Program-made: the position numbers and the translations under genes | Origin: Planctomycetota bacterium | Lineage (GTDB): Bacteria; Planctomycetota; PUPC01; JACPCR01 | Assembly (NCBI GenBank): GCA_027625095.1 | Contig: JAQBXN010000033.1 | Span: 2,193-66,192, forward strand | DNA: 64,000 bases | Direction of reading: 5' to 3' | Notes under the pieces: generated by a model | Database searches by the model: none | Told to the model about the DNA's origin: nothing | Seen by the model: only the letters and a program-made list of their open reading frames with translations | Shown: positions 58,389 to 64,000 of the stretch, piece after piece | How positions within the stretch are numbered: position 1 is the first letter of the stretch | Layout of the letters: the number at the start of each line of letters is the position of its first letter

Positions 58389-59243
58389 TTACTCGAAACT
58401 TGCGCGCACTTGCTCTCTCAGTTTTTTCATGCCTGTTTCCAAGACCACCGAAGCGGCCTGTTTCCAATAGCTCTGGTTGAAGAGTTCCAGTGAGAGCATG
58501 CCGCGATAGCCGACTCTGTGAAGGGTCTGGAAGATCTCTGCCAGTGGTGCGATCCCATCCCCGGGATAGACACGGTCTGCGTCGCCGATGGTGTCCCTTG
58601 GCGGATTGGCTGGATAATCGTTTACATGAAAAAGACCGAAGGTTTCTGCTCCTGCCAGGCGGAGGGCGGTATGGCTGCCGCCTCCTTTATAGATGTGGTA
58701 GACGTCGGCAAGGATGCATGCATCGGGATGTTCTGCTTCGGCGGCGATGTAGAGGGCTTCCCCAAAACGATACAGGCTTTTTGAAAAGCCCCAGAATTCC
58801 AACATGGGGACGACGCCGAAATCCTGGGCGATGTCCAGGAGGGCGCGGTAACGTTCTGCAGCCCGATCGAGGTTCAGCCCTGGTATGTCCTGGACACCCA
58901 TCGGGGCGGCGGCCAGCCTTTCGGCTCCGATTTTTTGTGCCATGTCGAGATTGCGTCTGGCCTCCTCGAGGCCGGCGGCCCGTTCGGCATCGTTATCAAC
59001 CGCCCACTTTGGGAAGCCGATTACATTGGGCACTCTCATCCCGGCGTCGGCGATTGTTTTCCCCAGGTCTTTCAGAGAGCCACCGTCGTCGGTGAAAGCA
59101 TCGAGTTCATTTATCCAGGGCTCTATTCCTGCGTAGCCGGCTTTGGCTGTAAGCTCGACGACCTTTTCAATGCCTAATGCCTGGCCTTTGATGGTGCTGG
59201 TGTTGAGGCTGTATTCGAATGGTTCTGATTTGGTGCTCATCAT
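58389..59243 (-). CDS. Sugar phosphate isomerase/epimerase (AP_endonuc_2 TIM barrel)
   Basis: SLNTSTI, AGYAGIEPW, LEFWG, DVYH, FHVND, PGDG, LSLELF. Confidence 0.85.
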   Translation of the reverse strand: MMSTKSEPFEYSLNTSTIKGQALGIEKVVELTAKAGYAGIEPWINELDAFTDDGGSLKDLGKTIADAGMRVPNVIGFPKWAVDNDAERAAGLEEARRNLDMAQKIGAERLAAAPMGVQDIPGLNLDRAAERYRALLDIAQDFGVVPMLEFWGFSKSLYRFGEALYIAAEAEHPDACILADVYHIYKGGGSHTALRLAGAETFGLFHVNDYPANPPRDTIGDADRVYPGDGIAPLAEIFQTLHRVGYRGMLSLELFNQSYWKQAASVVLETGMKKLREQVRASFE

Positions 59244-59307
59244 GTTTCCTGCTGTGAGTGATTTCAAAGTTGACTATAGATGGTCAGGCCATCCGAAGGA
59301 CAAAGTT

Positions 59308-60237
59308 TTAACTCCCGTACACGGCCTGAATCAAGCCGCGCATATATCCAACTGCGAACAGACGGCCCATCATTGAATATCCGGTGGCCTCGCCCTGTTC
59401 CCCTTCAAGGAGCGGTACATGATCGGGCCGGGCCGGGCCGGTGAATCCGATCTCTTTATAGGCGCGAACCGTTTCGGGCATATCTGTCTGACCACAATCG
59501 TGAAATGTTTCCTGAAATTTTGGGACGCATCCCCGCACGTCTCTGAAGTGTGCGTAAACGATACTCTTTCCAAGGGCGCGAATGCTGGCTGGAACGTCCT
59601 CGCCCATTTCTGAAAAACATCCCTGGCAAAGGCAGATACCATTAGATTCGCTTTCGACGAGATCGACGAGTCTCTCGTAATCAGCCCTGCTGCTCATGAT
59701 CTGGTCGCTGCCCCGAAAACGTGACATTGGAGGATCGTCCGGATGCATCGCCAACTTGACGCCAGACTGTTCAGCAACCGGTATGACTTGCTCAAGGAAG
59801 TTTTTCAGACGCAGCCAGAGTTGATCTGAACCAGCCCGATTTTCGGGCGGGGCGTCTTCCATGAGTGCTTCATCGAATGAACTCACGAGCGCTCCACCTC
59901 GATCTAAGGTGGTAAAACTTGTGCGACTCATATCGCCAGTCGCCATGAAATTGTAGGTGAGGATTGGGATACCCAGCTTCCCCATGTTTCGGATGAGGTT
60001 CTGAATGTTTTTGATCTGGTCATCCGTGCCATCGAGGCCGAGGACGACTTGCCGCAAGGGCACATAGCCTTCGATAACGCTGAGTTGGAGGCCCGCACTC
60101 TCAACCTGCTTTTTTAAGGTGAGGAGAGCGTCGGAATCAGAGCCCGGGTAGCGACCGACAATATCGGTAACCCCGATCTGGCTTGCGAGCTTGAGGTGGG
60201 ATTCAGTGAGCGGGGTGAGGACGGATGCGATACGCAT
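59308..60237 (-). CDS. uxuA: Mannonate dehydratase family
   Basis: YNFM, FLEQVIPVAEQSGVKLAMHPDDPP, HFRDVRG, FQETFHDCG, RPDHVP, GRLFAVGYMRGL. Confidence 0.85.
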   Translation of the reverse strand: MRIASVLTPLTESHLKLASQIGVTDIVGRYPGSDSDALLTLKKQVESAGLQLSVIEGYVPLRQVVLGLDGTDDQIKNIQNLIRNMGKLGIPILTYNFMATGDMSRTSFTTLDRGGALVSSFDEALMEDAPPENRAGSDQLWLRLKNFLEQVIPVAEQSGVKLAMHPDDPPMSRFRGSDQIMSSRADYERLVDLVESESNGICLCQGCFSEMGEDVPASIRALGKSIVYAHFRDVRGCVPKFQETFHDCGQTDMPETVRAYKEIGFTGPARPDHVPLLEGEQGEATGYSMMGRLFAVGYMRGLIQAVYGS

Positions 60238-60328
60238 GGATAGAAGTGGGTTCAGGATTCGGGATTCAGGGTGCTGGATGCGGTGAGTATAGGACTCAGT
60301 TTGCCAGGCTCGACTTGTCAGGAGATCG

Positions 60329-61426
60329 TCAAGTGTATTTGAGACCGTGGCCGGTGAATGTCGTTACGATGGTTTCGCCGCTTGTCTGGTTGCAACCAAG
60401 GTACTTTCGAGCGCCGGCAATCGTTGCCGCGGATGTCGGTTCAATATAGTGCCCGATGAGGGCCATGTCCTTAAGGGCGGACAGCGTATCAGAATCTTCT
60501 ACGGCCAGTATTGTTCCCCCGGAGGACCGGACTGCCGCCAGGATCTGTTTCGCTCGAACAGGCTGGGCGATGGCGATGCCTTCGGCTTTCGTATCTTGTC
60601 TTTCAAATTCGGCAATGTCCTCTGCGCCCGACTGGAACGCGTGAAACAGTGGGGCACAGCCACTTGCCTGGATGCCGACCAACCTTGGCATCTTCTCGAT
60701 CACCTGATCGGCCAGGAGTTCACGGAAACCGATTTCGCAGCCCAAAAGGAGAGTGCCATTGCCAACCGGAACGATGACGGTATCTGGGGCCTGCCACCCC
60801 AGTTGCTCGCATATCTCGAATGCGAACGTTTTGGTGCCGTGAAAGAAATATGGGTTCCATGAATGGCTGGCGTAGAAATGGCTTTGCGCGGCTTCCATGG
60901 CAGCGTTCGCCGTATCTTCCCGAGTGCCAGGTACGCGATTGAGTCTTGCCCCGTAGGACTTGATCTGGTTCAGCTTGGCGGGTGAGGTGGACTCGGGCAC
61001 AAAAATTTCGCATTCGATACCGGCACTCGCGCAGTAGGCAGCGATGGCACATCCGGCGTTTCCAGATGAATCTTCGACGACGTAATCAACTCCGAGTTCT
61101 TTGGCCTTGCTGATGAGAACTGACGCGCCACGATCCTTATAGGAGCCGGTGGGGAACAGGTGGTCCTGTTTGACCAGTATGTCCTTGCCTTCCAGCTTGA
61201 GAGAGGAGAGGGGAGTGAAGCCCTCCTCGAGAGAGACTGAATTCTTGTCTGACCGGATCGGGATGGCTTCCCGGTATCGCCACATATCGGCGGGTCGCCG
61301 GGCGATTTGATCGAAGTCAAAATGTGTTTCGCATTCAAGATCGAGAAGTCCTCCGCATTCACAACGCCAGCGAACGTCTGTGTCGGGGAATCCGGCCGGG
61401 CATTGTGTGCAGACGAGATGATTCAT
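60329..61426 (-). CDS. thrC: Threonine synthase-like PLP enzyme
   Basis: N-terminal Zn ribbon, MWRYR, SLEEGFTPL, PTGSYKDRG, DSSGNAG, PVGNG, IEPTSA, TGHGLK. Confidence 0.78.
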   Translation of the reverse strand: MNHLVCTQCPAGFPDTDVRWRCECGGLLDLECETHFDFDQIARRPADMWRYREAIPIRSDKNSVSLEEGFTPLSSLKLEGKDILVKQDHLFPTGSYKDRGASVLISKAKELGVDYVVEDSSGNAGCAIAAYCASAGIECEIFVPESTSPAKLNQIKSYGARLNRVPGTREDTANAAMEAAQSHFYASHSWNPYFFHGTKTFAFEICEQLGWQAPDTVIVPVGNGTLLLGCEIGFRELLADQVIEKMPRLVGIQASGCAPLFHAFQSGAEDIAEFERQDTKAEGIAIAQPVRAKQILAAVRSSGGTILAVEDSDTLSALKDMALIGHYIEPTSAATIAGARKYLGCNQTSGETIVTTFTGHGLKYT

Positions 61427-62505
61427 TTCTGTTGTTCAGGGCGTCCAGAGAATGTTGTCAATTCCTGAGCAAGGGCTGCCTTCAGGACCGGATGCTCTCC
61501 CCGGTGGTAGTCGTTCAGGGTTTGGGCCCATTCCTTCAGGTGCGTCGCCCAAATCCGGAATTCAACCCGCCCTGACATGCGGTATTTTCCAGCCGCGATC
61601 TCGATACTTGTTCGAATCTGTTCCCAGCGGGGAGTCTGCCTGATGCTCCATAGAAATTCACGAATTTGCATCCATTGCTTGATCTTGAAGTGGTGCAGTT
61701 CGTCAATTCTCGATGGTGCTTTATTGCTGCCGTCTTCAGTCATTCGTTCCAGGAATCCACGCAGTTCTTCCTCGCGAAAGAGCGACACCTGCAATCGCTG
61801 ACTTTCTATCGCTGCGACTAGGCCGACAAGTCGCATATGTGGTTCGTCTTCCCTGTAGTGAGGATCGGGGGGATTCCCTTCATAGCCGCTGGAAACCCAG
61901 GCCAGATAAGGTGAGCGGTCACCAAGATCTTCGTATGCCTCCATTACCGAAAGGCTTTTGTTCAGTTCCACGCTCCATGCATCCGCTTTGCAGCAATGGC
62001 GGCGAAGATGCCGCAGCAGGTCTCTGAAATATGAGGAATGCTCGAACAGGGTGTTTTCCGAGTTGAGTGCCACCGTGCACATGAAGAGCATGAACACCAA
62101 TCGCCTGTCTTCCTCAGTACCGGTGGCCGTTTTTGCGAGAGACTCCCTCGCGTCCCTGAAATCGCGCAGGAGGATTTCCTTGAGATTGGGAGACAGGATC
62201 GCTCGAAGAATGTTCTCCCTTGCCAGGTGGCAGTACCAATACACCTCGGTCTCGGATTCGCCGACGAGTTTGTCGTGAAACCACTCCAACTCAGTGCTGA
62301 AAACTCTGTCAAAATCAACCGCAACCGCGGCCAGGTTGTTGAAGTCGTGGAAACGAAGTAAGGCGCTTCCCTCGCAATCGAACTCTTTCCAACGCCGATC
62401 CAGCCCCTCCCGGGAATCCCCCAGCGTGGCGAACTCTTTTTGGACTTCCAATTCCCACTGGGGACTATTCAGAATCTGCTTTGGTTTTCGCTTCTTCCTG
62501 GCCAT
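61423..62505 (-). CDS. Hypothetical protein
   Basis: 360-aa ORF overlapping both neighbours (TGATG with trpD, ATGA with thrC); no recognisable motif. Confidence 0.65.
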   Translation of the reverse strand: MARKKRKPKQILNSPQWELEVQKEFATLGDSREGLDRRWKEFDCEGSALLRFHDFNNLAAVAVDFDRVFSTELEWFHDKLVGESETEVYWYCHLARENILRAILSPNLKEILLRDFRDARESLAKTATGTEEDRRLVFMLFMCTVALNSENTLFEHSSYFRDLLRHLRRHCCKADAWSVELNKSLSVMEAYEDLGDRSPYLAWVSSGYEGNPPDPHYREDEPHMRLVGLVAAIESQRLQVSLFREEELRGFLERMTEDGSNKAPSRIDELHHFKIKQWMQIREFLWSIRQTPRWEQIRTSIEIAAGKYRMSGRVEFRIWATHLKEWAQTLNDYHRGEHPVLKAALAQELTTFSGRPEQQK

Positions 62506-63512
62506 CAGCCCTGGCTGACCTCAACGAGCTTGGCGAGCGCATTCTTTGCTGCGCCGGAAGCGACTGACTCTCGTGCGGCGGCAAGCCCACCGGCCAGGTC
62601 AACAGCCTGGTCCGCGGCATAAATGGCTGCTCCCGCGTTCATACATGCGATGTCCGCCGCAGGGCCGGTCTCGCCATCGAGTAGTGTTCGAATCAGTTCG
62701 GCGCTTTGCTCTGCGTCTTCGACCTGAAGCCGCGCCAGTGGGACTCGTTTAATGCCAAATTGCTCGGGTGTAATTTCGTAGGTCGATGTTTCGCCGTCCT
62801 TGAGTTCGCTCACCTGTGTTGGGCCGGTGGTAGAGACTTCGTCGAGTCCTTCAAGGCCGTGAACCACGAGCGCATGAGTTGAGCCGAGCTCACCGAGGAC
62901 ATTCGCAAGACGTTCGGTCAGTGACTTATCGAAGACGCCGATGACCTGGTGCTTCGCGCCGGCCGGATTCGTCAAAGGGCCGAGCACGTTGAAGATGGTT
63001 CGCACACCGAGTTCCCGGCGCGGGCCGATGGCATATTTCATGGCCGCATGCATTTTGGGGGCGAACAGGAAACCGATGTTGGCCTCGGCGATACATCGCT
63101 CCACAGTTGGAACATCCGCATCAAGATTAACGCCGAGAGTGGCTAGAACGTCTGCGCTGCCACTCTTGCTTGAGACCGATCTGTTTCCGTGTTTTGCCAC
63201 TTTAATGCCGGCGCCCGCAACGATGAATGCCGCAGCAGTGGAGATGTTGAAGGTATGGGAAACGTCTCCGCCTGTGCCGCAAGTGTCGACGGAAATGCCG
63301 TCACCTGCGTTCACTCGAGTGGCCTTCTCCCGCATGACTGTGGCGCAACCGGTGATCTCGCTGACCGTCTCTCCCTTCAGACGGAGGGCAACCAGAAAAC
63401 CGGCGATCTGGGCGTCTGTAGCCTTGCCTTCCATGATCGTATTCATCGCGGCGGTGGCTTCTTCTGTAGAAAGGTCATGTCCGTCGATGAGTTTCTGGAT
63501 GGTCTTTTGCAT
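62505..63512 (-). CDS. trpD: Anthranilate phosphoribosyltransferase
   Basis: DTCGTGGD, FNISTA, KHGNRSVSSKSGSAD, RTIFNVLGPLTNP, GLDE. Confidence 0.95.
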   Translation of the reverse strand: MQKTIQKLIDGHDLSTEEATAAMNTIMEGKATDAQIAGFLVALRLKGETVSEITGCATVMREKATRVNAGDGISVDTCGTGGDVSHTFNISTAAAFIVAGAGIKVAKHGNRSVSSKSGSADVLATLGVNLDADVPTVERCIAEANIGFLFAPKMHAAMKYAIGPRRELGVRTIFNVLGPLTNPAGAKHQVIGVFDKSLTERLANVLGELGSTHALVVHGLEGLDEVSTTGPTQVSELKDGETSTYEITPEQFGIKRVPLARLQVEDAEQSAELIRTLLDGETGPAADIACMNAGAAIYAADQAVDLAGGLAAARESVASGAAKNALAKLVEVSQG

Positions 63513-64000
63513 CAGTTCAATTCTTCTGTGGTGATGAGTTCAGCCCCTTTTTCAGGTTGGCATACATAAACACTGGGAGTGATTTCGGTGCGGGCTCGAT
63601 ACTGCTTGGTAATGGTATTGCAAAAGTTCGCAACACCCTCCGGCTCGACCAGATTAACGGTTAAGCCGCCGAAGCCTTGCCCGGACATGCGGGCGCCGTA
63701 AACCATGCGCGTGTTACAGGCGATCTCCACCAGGAGGTCGACCTCTTTGCAGGAAACGCCGTAGTCGTCACGCAGGCTGTTATGTGACGCGTCGAGCAGG
63801 ACGCCCGCTCGAACGATATTCCTGTCGGCAAGCGAATCCGCACATTCATCTACTCGCTGGTTTTCGGTGACGATGTGTTTCACGCGCTCGCGAACCGGCG
63901 GTTGAAGCATCGGGCCGTAAAGATTGAAATCACGCAGCGACAGATCGTGCAGGGTCCGGATTTCTCGTCCACGAACAAACTTGGCGATCTTGCGGACACC
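63512..64000 (-). CDS. galK: Galactokinase-like GHMP kinase, C-terminal part (truncated by window edge)
   Basis: Frame open to the window end; RVKHIVTENQRV, SHNSLRDDYGVSC, GARMSGQGFGG. Confidence 0.7.
   Translation of the reverse strand, partial: GVRKIAKFVRGREIRTLHDLSLRDFNLYGPMLQPPVRERVKHIVTENQRVDECADSLADRNIVRAGVLLDASHNSLRDDYGVSCKEVDLLVEIACNTRMVYGARMSGQGFGGLTVNLVEPEGVANFCNTITKQYRARTEITPSVYVCQPEKGAELITTEELN

Noticed and set aside
1-64000. tRNA, rRNA, prophage or autonomous IS genes
   Set aside because: No cloverleaf/T-arm signatures, rRNA-like tracts, or phage, transposase or integrase ORFs were recognised by eye.

Overview
A ~55% GC chromosomal segment from a PVC-superphylum bacterium, most likely an uncultured Planctomycetota. 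The assignment rests on a WD40+DUF1549/DUF1553 protein, a PVC-type heme-binding protein and several Zn-ribbon Ser/Thr kinases. The window holds about 45 densely packed CDSs. These include scattered trp genes (trpF, trpC, trpD), coaX, gmhB, uxuA, a thrC-like gene, a partial galK-like gene, a fused sugar ABC transporter, many carbohydrate/redox enzymes, a SNF2-SWIM helicase next to a small-protein/nucleotidyltransferase pair, and an orphan DNA methyltransferase. I saw no rRNA, tRNA, CRISPR array, integrase or transposase. Most notable: (1) a translationally coupled pair of single-pass receptor-like proteins (kinase-TM-TPR-long LRR). The upstream partner is a clear pseudokinase with a frameshift in its LRR tail and the downstream partner is an intact kinase, an architecture reminiscent of eukaryotic LRR receptor kinase/pseudokinase pairs. 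(2) A family of TTAG-delimited intergenic cassettes with conserved arms but interchangeable palindromic cores, plus two multi-layer nested inverted-repeat structures at 35.9-36.3 kb and 54.6-54.9 kb. (3) An ABC permease whose periplasmic insert contains five copies of a GH42-like helical motif. All protein family calls come from motif recognition by eye, not from database searches.
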